Shown here one piece after another: positions 9,779 to 21,028 of a DNA stretch of 64,000 nucleotides (positions are counted from its first letter, which is position 1; the number at the start of each line of letters is the position of its first letter). Position numbers and translations under genes: made by a program. The DNA lies in assembly GCA_963845185.1 (NCBI GenBank), contig CAWJRG010000010.1, forward strand, positions 96,001 through 160,000, given 5' to 3'. This DNA is from an uncultured bacterium. GTDB lineage: Bacteria > Oederibacteriota > PGYV01 > CAWJRG01. The notes under the pieces are model-generated. The model did not search any database. It saw only the letters and a list, made by a program, of their open reading frames with translations, and was not told where the DNA came from.

Positions 9779-11335
9779 ATGCTTTCAATTATTATCACCG
9801 CGTTAATAGCCGTGGCAGCAGGCATTGCTATAGGTTTCTTTTTGAGGAAAATTATCTCCGAGTCAAGGATTGCCAGCGCCAAGGTTTACGCAACCCAGAT
9901 TGTGGAAAACGCAAAAAAAGAAGCCCAGGCATTTAAAAAAGAAGCCGAACTTGAGGCAAGGGATAAGACTTTAAAAGCCCAGGCTGATTTTGAGGCAAAG
10001 ACTAGAGAGGAGCGGGCTGAGCTTGCCAACCTTGAAAAACGCCTGCGACAGAGGGAAGATAACCTTGAAAAGAAAGTCGAAGTGCTTGACAAAAAAGAAA
10101 AGGATATTAATGTAAAGGAAAAAGAGCTTATTGAGTCTGACAAAAAAATCAAGAAACAGGACGAAGAGTTAAACCGCCTCATTGCCGAGCAGAGGCAGAA
10201 ACTCGAAAAAATCTCGGGCCTTTCCGCGGAAGCGGCAAAAGCCGAGCTTGTAAACTCAATGATCAACGACGCCCGCCAGGAATCCCTTCTAACAATCAAA
10301 AAAATTGAGGATGAAACCAAGGAAAACGCCGACAAAAAAGCACGCGAAATTATCACTACCGCCATACAGCGCGTGGCAGCCGATCATTCGTCGGAAGTTA
10401 CTGTTTCCGTCGTTGCCCTGCCGAACGATGAAATGAAAGGCAGAATTATCGGCCGTGAAGGCAGAAACATCAAAACTCTTGAAACTCTCACCGGTGTGGA
10501 CTTCATAATCGACGATACTCCTGAAGCTGTAACCGTATCCGCTTTTGACCCCATCAGGCGCGAAATAGCCAGGCTCTCGCTTGAAAAATTGATAGCGGAC
10601 GGCAGGATACATCCCGGCAGGATTGAGGAAGTCGTGCAAAAAACCCAATCAGAAATGGATATTAAAATAAAAGAACTCGGCGACCAGGCCGCAATGGATT
10701 CAGGCATAGCCAACATACACCCTGAGCTGATAAAACTTTTGGGAAAACTTCATTACAGGACAAGCTACGGCCAGAATGTCTTGAAGCATTCCCTTGAAGT
10801 CTCGTTTTTAGCGTCTATAATGGCCTCGGAACTCGGGATAGACCCTGCGATAGCAAAAAGGGCCGGGCTCCTACACGATATAGGCAAGGCAATAGACCAC
10901 GAAGTCGAAGGCACCCACGTGCAGCTCGGCATAGATGCGGCTAAAAAATACGGCGAGTCGGATAAGGTGCTGCATGCCATAGAGGCGCACCACGGAGATA
11001 AACAGGCTACTACTATCGAAGCCGTACTTGTGCAGGCAGCAGATGCGATATCCGCAGCAAGGCCCGGCGCGCGACGCGAGACAATCGAAAATTATATAAA
11101 ACGCCTTGAAAAACTTGAAGGCATAGCGTCCTCTTTCGAAGGCGTACAGAAAACCTTTGCCATACAGGCCGGCCGGGAAATCAGGATACTTGTTATACCC
11201 GAATCAATTGACGACATTAAAGCTTTCCAGCTTTCAAAGGATATAGCCAAAAAAATTGAGGCCGAGCTTGAATACCCCGGCCAAATAAAAGTAACTGTTA
11301 TAAGGGAAGTACGTTCCGTCGAATACGCAAAATAA
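9779..11335 (+). CDS. rny: Ribonuclease Y
   Basis: N-terminal TM, coiled coil, KH ([13 protein letters not shown]), HD domain ([19 protein letters not shown]). Confidence 0.98.
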   Translation: MLSIIITALIAVAAGIAIGFFLRKIISESRIASAKVYATQIVENAKKEAQAFKKEAELEARDKTLKAQADFEAKTREERAELANLEKRLRQREDNLEKKVEVLDKKEKDINVKEKELIESDKKIKKQDEELNRLIAEQRQKLEKISGLSAEAAKAELVNSMINDARQESLLTIKKIEDETKENADKKAREIITTAIQRVAADHSSEVTVSVVALPNDEMKGRIIGREGRNIKTLETLTGVDFIIDDTPEAVTVSAFDPIRREIARLSLEKLIADGRIHPGRIEEVVQKTQSEMDIKIKELGDQAAMDSGIANIHPELIKLLGKLHYRTSYGQNVLKHSLEVSFLASIMASELGIDPAIAKRAGLLHDIGKAIDHEVEGTHVQLGIDAAKKYGESDKVLHAIEAHHGDKQATTIEAVLVQAADAISAARPGARRETIENYIKRLEKLEGIASSFEGVQKTFAIQAGREIRILVIPESIDDIKAFQLSKDIAKKIEAELEYPGQIKVTVIREVRSVEYAK

Positions 11336-11375
11336 ATTGGTTTTAATTTTTATTTTCAGGTTTTCGAGGTAAAAA

Positions 11376-12176
11376 ATGTTGAACGTTTTATTCATAGGCG
11401 ACATAATTGCCAGGCCAGGAAGAAAAGCTGTCAAATCCATCCTTTCGGAGTTATTGACAAAAAAAGAAATTGATTTTGTCATAGCAAACGGCGAAAATGC
11501 CGCCGGCGGCAACGGAATAACAAAAGAAACTTTCGACGAGCTTATAGCCTGCAATATCGACGTAATAACCGGCGGCAATCATATATGGGATAAAAAAGAG
11601 GTCTTTTCCTTTATTCAGGACGAACCCCGGCTTATAAGGCCGGCTAATTATCCCGCCAATAACCCGGGCAGCGGTTATGGCATATATGGCGTGAAACGGC
11701 CCGGAAAAAAAATAAAAATCGGCGTAATAAACGTCGTAGGCAGGGTTTTCATGCCTCCGGCTGATGACCCTTTCAGGGCAGCCGAAAATCTGGCTGCAGA
11801 AATAAAAAAACAAACAAATGTAATTTTTATCGATATGCATGCCGAGGCAACCTCGGAAAAGCAGGCTATGGGTTTTTATCTGGACGGCAGGGTTACCGCG
11901 GTAATAGGCACGCACACACATGTCCAGACATCCGACGAAAGGATTTTGCAGGGCGGTACCGGTTATATAACAGACGCCGGTATGACCGGGCCTTTTGATT
12001 CGGTTATAGGAATGAAAAAGGAAATAATACTAAAAAGATTTTTGAGCCTTATGCCGGAAAGGTTCGAGCCTGCCGAGGACGATATACGCATGAATGCCGT
12101 ATTGTTTTCAGTCGATGAATCTTCCGGCAAGACACTAAAAGTGGAAAGACTAGACCTCAAATATGAAGACCGATAA
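11376..12176 (+). CDS. ymdB: YmdB-family (TIGR00282-type) metallophosphoesterase
   Basis: GDI, NGENAAGG, GNHIWD, HAEATSEK, GTHTHVQT; directly after rny. Confidence 0.93.
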   Translation: MLNVLFIGDIIARPGRKAVKSILSELLTKKEIDFVIANGENAAGGNGITKETFDELIACNIDVITGGNHIWDKKEVFSFIQDEPRLIRPANYPANNPGSGYGIYGVKRPGKKIKIGVINVVGRVFMPPADDPFRAAENLAAEIKKQTNVIFIDMHAEATSEKQAMGFYLDGRVTAVIGTHTHVQTSDERILQGGTGYITDAGMTGPFDSVIGMKKEIILKRFLSLMPERFEPAEDDIRMNAVLFSVDESSGKTLKVERLDLKYEDR

Positions 12177-14466
12177 GGCTGCTTATCTTTTATTATCTAT
12201 CGCACTTTTTTTTACGGGATTTTTTGTTTATTTAAAAACCCTTTGCCCCACCGTGTATTTCGGGGACTCCGGCGAACTTATTGCCATGATACACACACTC
12301 GGCTTTCCACATCCTACCGGCTTCCCTCTTTATATACTGCTGGGTAAACTATTTTCCTTTGCCCCTTTGGCAAATATTGGTTTCAGGATTAACTTATTAT
12401 CCGCTGTTTTCGGTGCTTTAACTCCCTGCTTTATTTTCCTCTGTCTTTTAATCCTCGCCAAGGACGAGGCTGAACTGCCTTTAAAAATATTACCCGCGTT
12501 TGTCGCGTCCCTAATTTTTATATTCGCTTATACACCATGGTCGCAGGCTGCCGCGGCAAGAATATACACGTTAAACGGCTTTTTCTGTTGCCTGTCCTTT
12601 TTCTTATTTTTGTATTATCTCGAAATAAAAGACGACTTCAGGTTTCTTTGCCTCCTGGCTCTTGCGACCGGACTGGGTTTTGGACTTCATTTAAGCTTCA
12701 TTTTGCAGTCTGCTGTGCTGTGGGCTTACCTGCTTATAAAAAAATTCCAGGAGGTAAAAAAACATGCGGCATGGCTGGTGTTTTTTTTCGCAACGGGTTT
12801 GTCTGTTTATCTTTACCTTACTATCCGTGGCTCCTCCGACATAATGCTGCAGTGGCAGCGTTTGAGCTCATTTAAGGATTTCTTCGACTACATCACCCAA
12901 AAAAATTATAAAAGAAAAATGTTTACCCGCAACAGCGCGGCTTATTCTACATACTTTTCTTATCTCAAAACCGTTATTCTCAGGGAATTCTCTGTCCTGG
13001 GTTTTGCAGTTTTTATAGCCGGAATCATTATTGCGGCAGTAAAAAAATTCAAATATACCTTCCTTTTCGTCTTGCTTTATCTGTTAAATATAATCCTGCT
13101 GGCTGTTTATGGGGAATACGCAGACATGAAGCTTGCTTTCAGGTATTTTATCCCGTCTTATCTTGTGGCTGTCTTTTTCATTTTTATCGCCCTGTCTTTT
13201 TTTAATCACGCGGCTAAAAATAAAATTACGTCGCTATCCGCGATTGCAGCCCTGGCGCTGTTAACAATAGTTTTAATGATTAAAGCAAACTATTATTGCA
13301 ACGATAAGTCTTTTGATTACATCGCTTATTATTATCCATATAACATTTTAAAAAGTACGGGCGAGAAAGCGTATCTTTTTACAAACGGCGACAATCAAAT
13401 TTACCCCTTTGCTTACATAAGATTCGTCGAAGAAAGGGCTAAAGACCTCGTCATATTCGACTATTCCAATACTATTTTTAAGGATGATACGGTATTGCGT
13501 AAAGAAACCAGAAGCGATAATACTAACGATAATGTGCTTGCCTGTTTTAACAAAAAATTTGAGCCTGTTTTTCTGACCACAATGGCTCCTGCACCGGCTT
13601 TTTTTCAGGCATCGTCAGGCCTTGTTTATAAAGCCTCTCAAAAGGAACTGCCTGATATTTTATATCCATGGCAGCTCTTTTCACTGAAAGGCATAATTTG
13701 GGATAAAGTATTCAACGAATTCGAGGAAAGAGAAGTTGTTGGAAACTACCTGTTTAGGCTTGGCTGGTATTATAAAGCTCTTGGTAAACAGGCTGTGTAC
13801 TCTTACCTGCTGGAAAAAGCAATTGAAGTGGCTTATGATTCTTTGCCGGTTATAGGCAACGTGGCAGTTTCTTATGTGGAAGATAAGGATTTTAGCGCCG
13901 GTAAAGCCCTTTTCGAGAAAGCCCTGCTGTTATCCCCTGAAAATGAAATTATACTTTTTAACCTGGCCGGACTGCATGCTTCCATGGGCGATTTCAGCAC
14001 CGCTGCCGATTATTATAACAGGGTCGTTGAAATTGACCCTGCCAATTCTCAGGCAAAAGAATATCTGTTAAAGGCTGTACAAATGATCCATCAACTGCAG
14101 TCCCAGCAGGCAGTTACAGAATATTCAAATAAAAACTTTAGCGAAGGTGTAGCCCTGTTAAACGCAAAAAAGTACCTGGCAGCCATAGGTTCCTTCGAAC
14201 GCGACATAACGCAGAATCCCAAACTGGCCAGGTCTTACTTCAATATAGGCCTTTGCTATTCCTATCTTAAGCAGATAAACAAAGCCGTCCCCTATTACGA
14301 AAAAGCCCTTTTGATTGAACCAAAAAATATAAATACACTTAACAATTTGGGTTTATGCTACGGAATGTTAAAACAAAACAAAAAAGCAAAAGAGTTTTTT
14401 ACTGAGTCCCTGGAAATTGACCCCAACCAGCCGAGGATAAAGGATATACTTTCCAAAATAAAATAA
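12163..14466 (+). CDS. DUF2723 (TMEM260-like GT-C glycosyltransferase) membrane protein with C-terminal TPRs
   Basis: GDSGEL..TLGFPHPTGFPLY motif, many TMs, GDN motif, TPR helices. Confidence 0.82.
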   Translation: MKTDKAAYLLLSIALFFTGFFVYLKTLCPTVYFGDSGELIAMIHTLGFPHPTGFPLYILLGKLFSFAPLANIGFRINLLSAVFGALTPCFIFLCLLILAKDEAELPLKILPAFVASLIFIFAYTPWSQAAAARIYTLNGFFCCLSFFLFLYYLEIKDDFRFLCLLALATGLGFGLHLSFILQSAVLWAYLLIKKFQEVKKHAAWLVFFFATGLSVYLYLTIRGSSDIMLQWQRLSSFKDFFDYITQKNYKRKMFTRNSAAYSTYFSYLKTVILREFSVLGFAVFIAGIIIAAVKKFKYTFLFVLLYLLNIILLAVYGEYADMKLAFRYFIPSYLVAVFFIFIALSFFNHAAKNKITSLSAIAALALLTIVLMIKANYYCNDKSFDYIAYYYPYNILKSTGEKAYLFTNGDNQIYPFAYIRFVEERAKDLVIFDYSNTIFKDDTVLRKETRSDNTNDNVLACFNKKFEPVFLTTMAPAPAFFQASSGLVYKASQKELPDILYPWQLFSLKGIIWDKVFNEFEEREVVGNYLFRLGWYYKALGKQAVYSYLLEKAIEVAYDSLPVIGNVAVSYVEDKDFSAGKALFEKALLLSPENEIILFNLAGLHASMGDFSTAADYYNRVVEIDPANSQAKEYLLKAVQMIHQLQSQQAVTEYSNKNFSEGVALLNAKKYLAAIGSFERDITQNPKLARSYFNIGLCYSYLKQINKAVPYYEKALLIEPKNINTLNNLGLCYGMLKQNKKAKEFFTESLEIDPNQPRIKDILSKIK

Positions 14467-14552
14467 ATTTCCCGTCTTGCGCAAAATCAGTATTATTTCC
14501 GGCTTCTAAACCAGCCATTCGATGTTGGCATGGTTAGAATCTGCATTGCCTA

Positions 14553-16157
14553 TTATTCTAAAGAACCTATTTCTTCAATTTCTTCCTGATGTATTTTTTC
14601 TTCTTCGCTTGCTAAGAAAATCTTACTTTTTCCTGGTAGTAATAATGCAACAGGTATAGTTATAAGCATAATAATTCCTCCAATTATAAAAGCGTCTTGA
14701 AACGATAAAACAGAGGCCGCCAACGAAATATTTTTTACAGCCAGATATTTTGATATTAATGCTGACTGTGAGTAAGAAAATCCAAGATTATGAATATGAT
14801 AGGCAAAATTCCTTACGCCGCTATTAAATATTGGCGTCCCGCTTCCAAATAGATCACCGACAACTGAAAGATGATAGTGAGACCTATTTGAGAGAACCGT
14901 GCCAAAAATGGCAATTCCGATTGTTCCGCCCACCTGTTGAATTATGCTGTTCATCGAAGAAGCCATGCTGATTTTGTCTTTAGGCACCGAATTCATTATC
15001 GCGGTCATAATAGGTGCCAGAATTAGCACTACTCCAAAACTTCTGATGATTGTCGGTTGTATAAGTCCCCACTGGCTTGTATTTATATCAACACAGCTGT
15101 ATTCAAACATAAAATACGCGGTGATTAGCAGGCCGCATACCGACATAAATCTGGATGAGAATTTATCCCCAAGGCTGTACAAAGCTGGAACGAATACCGC
15201 CATCGCCAGTGAACCTGGAAGTAATAACAGGCCGCTTTGCATGGCACTGAATCCCATCTCCTGCTGGACAAAAAGCGGTATTAAAAACATTCCACCATAA
15301 AGCCCTACAGAACGGGCTGCGGTTATTATTAAACATGATGAAAACACGGGTATTTTAAACAGCTTCAAATCCATTATTTGATAATCTATGTTTGTTTCAA
15401 CCAGTATAAATCCAATAAAACTTATTATTGCGGTTATTGCGCAGGAAATAATAAATGTAGATGTCCATCCTGTTTTTTCACCTTTTGATAGTCCCAATAA
15501 TATTGATACTAGGAATAATGAAAGAAACAAAAAACCCCAAATATCAAACAGCCTCTTTATAATCGTTTGTGGCTCATCATTTTTAAGAAGTTCTATAGCC
15601 GCCACAAACACAATGATTCCAATTGGCAAATTGACAAGAAAAATGGAACGCCAGCCAAAGACATTTGTAAGATAACCGCCTAATGTCGGACCTGAAGCCG
15701 GGCCTAATAATGCTCCCATTCCGTAAATTCCCATTGCTTTTCCGCGTTCTTTTACCGGAAAAGCATCGGTTATCATTGCAAGCCCTATTGGAATTAATGC
15801 TCCACCACCAAGCGCCTGGATAACGCGCGATAGTATTAATGCTGGCAAATTCCATGATATACTGCAAAGTAATGATCCGACTGTAAATAATAAGAGAGCA
15901 ATAAGGTAGACGTTTTTATATCCCATTCTGTCTTTTAGCCATGCGGTTAGTGGCATTAATACCGCAAAAGCAAGCATATAACCGGTAATTACCCATTCTA
16001 TATCATCTACACCCGAGCCAAAATCAGCCATTATTGCCGGTATGGATACATTTACAACGCTGCTGTCAATTGCAGCCATTAGTGTGCCTACCATAACAAT
16101 TCCAACAACATTCCACTTATAATTTTGTGAATGCTGTTCTTGTTTAATCCTTTGCAT
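14553..16157 (-). CDS. emrB: DHA2 (EmrB/QacA) MFS efflux permease
   Basis: DSSVVNVSIP, WVITGYML, GPTLGG, WRSIFLVNLPIG. Confidence 0.88.
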   Translation of the reverse strand: MQRIKQEQHSQNYKWNVVGIVMVGTLMAAIDSSVVNVSIPAIMADFGSGVDDIEWVITGYMLAFAVLMPLTAWLKDRMGYKNVYLIALLLFTVGSLLCSISWNLPALILSRVIQALGGGALIPIGLAMITDAFPVKERGKAMGIYGMGALLGPASGPTLGGYLTNVFGWRSIFLVNLPIGIIVFVAAIELLKNDEPQTIIKRLFDIWGFLFLSLFLVSILLGLSKGEKTGWTSTFIISCAITAIISFIGFILVETNIDYQIMDLKLFKIPVFSSCLIITAARSVGLYGGMFLIPLFVQQEMGFSAMQSGLLLLPGSLAMAVFVPALYSLGDKFSSRFMSVCGLLITAYFMFEYSCVDINTSQWGLIQPTIIRSFGVVLILAPIMTAIMNSVPKDKISMASSMNSIIQQVGGTIGIAIFGTVLSNRSHYHLSVVGDLFGSGTPIFNSGVRNFAYHIHNLGFSYSQSALISKYLAVKNISLAASVLSFQDAFIIGGIIMLITIPVALLLPGKSKIFLASEEEKIHQEEIEEIGSLE

Positions 16158-16181
16158 TTAATTCACCAGCAATTTTTGTGA

Positions 16182-17021
16182 TTATCTAACTTTTATTTTT
16201 ATTTTGGCTGATTGCCCCACTCGAAGTACGTGTCCTGTAGATGAAATAAGCTCAATTTTTATCGGTATGCGCTGCTCAACTTTAATGAAATTTCCAGAAG
16301 CATTATCTGAAGGGATAATAGCAAAAACAGATGCCGTTGCATTACGAACATCTATAACTTTGCCTTCTAAGACTCCTCCATCATCCATAAACACCTTTAC
16401 TGGCTGACCGATTTTTATAATTGGAATTGATTTTTCATTTACATTTGCAGAAATCCATGCGTTCTCTATGTCGGCGAGTGTTGCAATGACTTGATTTGTT
16501 TCAACCACATTACCAACTTCTGCTGTCTTTTGTATTATTATTCCATCAACAAGACTTTTGATATATGTCCTGTCAAGTGCAATCTGTGCAAGTTTAAAAT
16601 CCATTTCAGCGGTTACAGCATCGGAAAACAATCTATCAAATTGCTGTTTACTAATTCCCTGCGCTGCAAGTAAAGCTTTTGCTCTTTTCAAATCTGTTGC
16701 TGTAAGTTTGGCTTTTGTTTTTGCTTTCTCATACTGTGCCTGCGCTATGCCGTGGTCAAGTTCTACAAGAATTGAATCTTTTGCTATTTTATCGCCTTCT
16801 TTAAATTTAACTGCAATTATTTGTCCGTTTGCGCCAAGATTTGCTACACGAACAATATTTGAGTCAACTCGTGCATCCTCAGTTGAAATATATGGCATAA
16901 TGTTGAGAAACCAAAAAATGAAACCAGCCCCAAATAAAATGATTATAATTGTAATCGAGATTACAGCATTTCGTGTTTCCCACCAATTTTTTCGTTTATT
17001 TACGTTTTCTTTTCTTTCCAT
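16182..17021 (-). CDS. emrA: EmrA/HlyD-family membrane fusion protein
   Basis: STEDARV and NASGNFIKVEQRIPIKI motifs; N-terminal TM. Confidence 0.85.
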   Translation of the reverse strand: MERKENVNKRKNWWETRNAVISITIIIILFGAGFIFWFLNIMPYISTEDARVDSNIVRVANLGANGQIIAVKFKEGDKIAKDSILVELDHGIAQAQYEKAKTKAKLTATDLKRAKALLAAQGISKQQFDRLFSDAVTAEMDFKLAQIALDRTYIKSLVDGIIIQKTAEVGNVVETNQVIATLADIENAWISANVNEKSIPIIKIGQPVKVFMDDGGVLEGKVIDVRNATASVFAIIPSDNASGNFIKVEQRIPIKIELISSTGHVLRVGQSAKIKIKVR

Positions 17022-17183
17022 TTTTGTTCTCCTTTTTTAGACGTTTCCCAGTATATTTCCACAACGATTCCCACAACAATATTTCTAATTGCAAATAAAT
17101 CTCGCTTATTATTATCGCGATTGTTTTTTGAAACGCGTATTTTTTCATAAGGCTTTTAACTGATTTTGTTTATCTAATGTATT

Positions 17184-17639
17184 TCAAATAATTTCATTAA
17201 TAATTTTCTTTAATTTTTCAAAAGAAATTAAGATGTTTTTCAATTCATCAATATTGGTTTTACTTATAACAGCTGACAAAATCTCATTTCTCAGCTCTTT
17301 TCCGCGCTTATATGAATGTAATAAAGATATTTTAACTTTTCTTCTGTTATTTAATATAATTTCTTTTGAGACAATTCCCATTTTTACAAGACTATCAACT
17401 ATTTTTGAGACTGTGCCTTTTGACAGCTCAACTTTTTTACCAAGTTCGCCTAATGACAATGTTCCGCTTCGGTTTAATTCCATCAGTACAACAAGCTGAG
17501 GAGGCCTTAACCCAAATTTCTCCGCTTTTCTAAATATCAATAATTGAAATCTATTTTGCAAATAATGCAGGGTAGTATGTATTTTGAACATGTAATGATT
17601 TACATCATCCTCAGCCAGCACTTCCCTATTCTTCTTCAT
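17184..17639 (-). CDS. MarR-family transcriptional regulator
   Basis: wHTH (LSLGELGKKVELSKGTVSKIVDSL..NRR); upstream of emrAB. Confidence 0.85.
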   Translation of the reverse strand: MKKNREVLAEDDVNHYMFKIHTTLHYLQNRFQLLIFRKAEKFGLRPPQLVVLMELNRSGTLSLGELGKKVELSKGTVSKIVDSLVKMGIVSKEIILNNRRKVKISLLHSYKRGKELRNEILSAVISKTNIDELKNILISFEKLKKIINEII

Positions 17640-17665
17640 TTTTCACCTCTAATTATGTAGTCTTT

Positions 17666-17721
17666 TGTTTCTATTCAAACTGTTTCAATAGAAACATATC
17701 ATATGATTTAATCAATGTCAA
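17666..17721 (-). promoter_or_regulatory. Sigma70 promoter overlapped by a palindromic putative MarR operator
   Basis: TTGACA(17721-17716)-N17-TATGTT; palindrome TGTTTCTATTCAAAC-T-GTTTCAATAGAAACA at 17666-17696. Confidence 0.7.
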
Positions 17722-17766
17722 GTTGAAATTTCAAAATAATGCGTGTACTCATATTTATATAAATAC

Positions 17767-17799
17767 AGGGGCAGAGTTATTTTATCCCTGCCCCTTTTT
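17767..17799. terminator. Intrinsic terminator-like hairpin
   Basis: AGGGGCAG..CTGCCCCT followed by a T tract. Confidence 0.5.
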
Positions 17800-18029
17800 C
17801 GTGCCTTAATACGCTCTTAAAACCCAAAATTCAATCGTAAATGAAAACATTTGGGGCAAGAGGCCTTTTTGTTTGCCAACCTGCCCCTTTTCGCCTGTAG
17901 AAACAAATCAGATTTGGAATGGTTTTTTAAGGGTAAATCTGATAATCCTTGAAGTGGTTCTGTTGTTTGACGTTAGAGAATGGCTGGCATTAGTATTACA
18001 TACAAATTGCCAATATTATAATCCTATCA

Positions 18030-18611
18030 CTACATATTTATCAGCTTTATAAAACCTTTCCTTATCATCATTACGGCAATTGCAGCCAGTAACAACGCCA
18101 TAATCCTTGACAGAGCGCCGGCGCCGGCTTTGCCCATTATTTTTATTACCCCGCCTGAAAAAGAAAAAATAAGCGCTGCAAACGAGACATTCAGGATTAC
18201 TGATATTATTGTTGCCGGCACTCCGTATTGGTCGACAATAATAAGGCATGTAGTAAGCACTGCCGGGCCCACTATAAGCGGGGTTCCAAGTGGTACTGCT
18301 CCAAGCTCTTCAGGCGCAATGCCTTTTTGTTTTCCCGGCTGGATAAGGTCCATAATCGCGATGCAGAACAATATGGCACCTCCCGCCACCATAAAATCAC
18401 CTACTGTTATACCGAGTATCGAAAACAGCCATTTTCCTACAAGTATAAAAACGAGAGCCAGCGATATTGCGGTCCATAAAGACTGGAATATTGCTTTTCT
18501 TCTTTCTTTCGCGCTCAATTTGTTCGTTAGGGAAATAAAAAGCGGCAGCACGCCTATGGCATCCACTGCCACAAAAACCGGTATAAAAGCCAGTAATATA
18601 TTTTTTATCAT
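18030..18611 (-). CDS. marC: MarC-family membrane protein
   Basis: PVFVAVDAIG, AGGAILF, VPLGTPLIVGP, RIMALLLAAIAV. Confidence 0.9.
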   Translation of the reverse strand: MIKNILLAFIPVFVAVDAIGVLPLFISLTNKLSAKERRKAIFQSLWTAISLALVFILVGKWLFSILGITVGDFMVAGGAILFCIAIMDLIQPGKQKGIAPEELGAVPLGTPLIVGPAVLTTCLIIVDQYGVPATIISVILNVSFAALIFSFSGGVIKIMGKAGAGALSRIMALLLAAIAVMMIRKGFIKLINM

Positions 18612-18661
18612 GTAAATTTCCTCCTATACAATTTTTTATATTATCTTTTTGCTTTTCTTAA

Positions 18662-20983
18662 TTATTTTTCGCCTATATATTCCATGCTGTCAACATATAT
18701 ATACGCATCGCTTGCTTCTTTATCCTTTGCCTCTGCAACTACAAGTTTAACACTGTGCCGTCCAGCCGCAAGCTTTTCTTTACGGTACAACTGGGCACGG
18801 TAAATTGTTTTTGCGTGGTATGTGCCAATTGTCCCCTGTTTGACATTATCAATATAAATATCTGCCTTGCCGCAGTTTGGGCCAATCCTTCCGGTAATAA
18901 TTACACCTGTGCCGTTGAATGCAAATTCCATTGTTGCGCCTGCTGCATTGCTCTTGTGCACGCCGCGGCAAAAATCCATCCAGTTCCCATCCTCGTTTTC
19001 CCATGTTCCGGTATATTTAATACTGCTATCTTTATCATCGTATTTGACTGCCACAACAGGCGTAGATTCGTCAATCTTTTCTATTTTTAAATCCTTAAAG
19101 CAAACTCCTGTGTAATTGCAGCCCAAAGCAGCCTGGCCCGAACCATACGTTGAATCCATTGTTTGCGCGACCTGCGTTCCGTCAATATATGCCGTAATTG
19201 TGTTTTCATTCATAGCTACGCTAATCTTGTGCCATTTATCCGGCGCAAACACCGGTATTGTTCCCGAAGCAAAATCAAATATTTCTCCAAATAGGCATTT
19301 CCTGAAAACCCATCCGCCTCCTGACGAAAGCTTTATCTGGTAACCTGATGGCCCTGTGTCCGAATCCCTGTCGTGCAGGACTCCCCTGCCTGATATCAAT
19401 GCCTCACCATTATTGCCCAAAAGCACGTCAACACTTGCTTTATAATTTACCCATCTCTGGTCGCCTATCAAAGTATAAGGGTCTCGCTTTGACTGCTTTC
19501 CCCACCATTCTATTGGAGGCACAGTTATTGCCTGTTGCAGGCATGTGTTGCCGTTTACATCAACTGTTTCAAACGCACCAGCCTGGTCATAAAAATATTT
19601 CGGCGGTTTGTCCTGCTCATAATAGGAAAAATCATCTGCGTAAGGAAGGTTTAAAGCTTTGTCATCTGGAATTTTATATCCTGCGCCGCCTTTTTTCTGG
19701 CCAATTGTTGTTGTCAGCGAATATATGGCCTGCGGCTGTGCTGCTATTGTGAATTTTCCTTTTGCAGGCACAATGTCTTTTATTTTTATAAACTGTTCTT
19801 TTCCCGTTGTCCTCCAGACGTGCAAAACTCCCTGCGACAACTTAGCGCCGATATTAAAAACATAATCTCTTGCGCTGCTGCTGTTATTTATTATGATGAC
19901 ACTGTAATCATTTGTATCAGGGCTGCGCAGCGTAAGGTAATACTCATTTTCCGAGGCAGAGCCGCAGCCACTGTCCAAAAATCTCCAGCCCGGTTTTGCG
20001 AACTGCGTAAAATGGGCTGTCATCCAGAGCGACGGGTGCACAGTATAATGCCCCGACCATGGCGTATTCGCTGTCAATATGCCCTTGCAATTGTATTTTA
20101 TGCTGTCATACACGCAGTCAAGCCCTGGCTGAAAAAGCAACCTTGTCATTTTCCCGTCAACATACTGTTTTGCGTTATTCACGGCTACAAGCATCAGGCG
20201 TTTCCATATCCCGCGCATCGGCGTGTCTGCCTCATCATTATATAGAGGCAGGCCGCTTGACTGTGCCGCAGCCGTGCTGTCAGTCGTATAATGGCAGTTT
20301 ATTGCTTTCAAGGATTTCTTCAATCCCTCGTCATTTTCCAGCATGTCCGCAATGTCCCAATTCAGTCCGTCCCTTGCCACAAGGCTTACATAAGAATACC
20401 CGCCTGAGTCAAGTGCCGGCCTTAATATATTCACGGCCCAGTCCCTGTCAAACGCACCTTCGTTCTCATCAGGGCTCAAGTAATCAAGAGGCGTCTTGTT
20501 TTGCGCCATTGCGCTTAAATAGCCGAGATAATACTTTTTCTTTGCGTCTTCGGAAAGCGATGCCCAAAAAGGCATTCCCCACCGCCCAGCCGCAAACTTT
20601 ATTTCCAGATTGCGGCTTTTTGCCTGGCTGCAAATCCAAAAATTAACTCCTCTTGCAACAGGCACTTCGTCTTCAGAGCGCTGGGTGCATGGCTCAGTGC
20701 CGCTTGAAGTGTTCGAGTCAGAACCTATTTCATTTTTTACTATGGTGAAGCCTGCCCCGAAATCCGGCTTAAATAAAAGGTCCAGTATTTCCTGCTGCTG
20801 TTTTTTTGGATAGTCCCGAAGGAGTTTTGACGTGCCGCTGCTGTTTACCATGCCTATGCCTTCGAAAACGCGGCCGCCAGAATTCCCGTCAATATTCACG
20901 GTTGTCGTAGCACCAAGGCCTGGAATTAAAAACATTGCCAGCGCTGATATTGTGATAAACCCCTTTAATATTTTATTTTCCAC
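18662..20983 (-). CDS. Secreted glycoside hydrolase, GH59 galactosylceramidase-like, with lectin/CBM-like C-terminal domains
   Basis: Signal peptide; GRVFEGIG, SKLLRDYP, KNEIGSD..SSGTEP, ANTPWSGHY, AHFTQFAKPGW. Confidence 0.8.
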   Translation of the reverse strand: MENKILKGFITISALAMFLIPGLGATTTVNIDGNSGGRVFEGIGMVNSSGTSKLLRDYPKKQQQEILDLLFKPDFGAGFTIVKNEIGSDSNTSSGTEPCTQRSEDEVPVARGVNFWICSQAKSRNLEIKFAAGRWGMPFWASLSEDAKKKYYLGYLSAMAQNKTPLDYLSPDENEGAFDRDWAVNILRPALDSGGYSYVSLVARDGLNWDIADMLENDEGLKKSLKAINCHYTTDSTAAAQSSGLPLYNDEADTPMRGIWKRLMLVAVNNAKQYVDGKMTRLLFQPGLDCVYDSIKYNCKGILTANTPWSGHYTVHPSLWMTAHFTQFAKPGWRFLDSGCGSASENEYYLTLRSPDTNDYSVIIINNSSSARDYVFNIGAKLSQGVLHVWRTTGKEQFIKIKDIVPAKGKFTIAAQPQAIYSLTTTIGQKKGGAGYKIPDDKALNLPYADDFSYYEQDKPPKYFYDQAGAFETVDVNGNTCLQQAITVPPIEWWGKQSKRDPYTLIGDQRWVNYKASVDVLLGNNGEALISGRGVLHDRDSDTGPSGYQIKLSSGGGWVFRKCLFGEIFDFASGTIPVFAPDKWHKISVAMNENTITAYIDGTQVAQTMDSTYGSGQAALGCNYTGVCFKDLKIEKIDESTPVVAVKYDDKDSSIKYTGTWENEDGNWMDFCRGVHKSNAAGATMEFAFNGTGVIITGRIGPNCGKADIYIDNVKQGTIGTYHAKTIYRAQLYRKEKLAAGRHSVKLVVAEAKDKEASDAYIYVDSMEYIGEK

Positions 20984-21028
20984 ACAAATTCCTTTCCTGT
21001 TTCGTATTATATGTAATCTGCTGTATTA

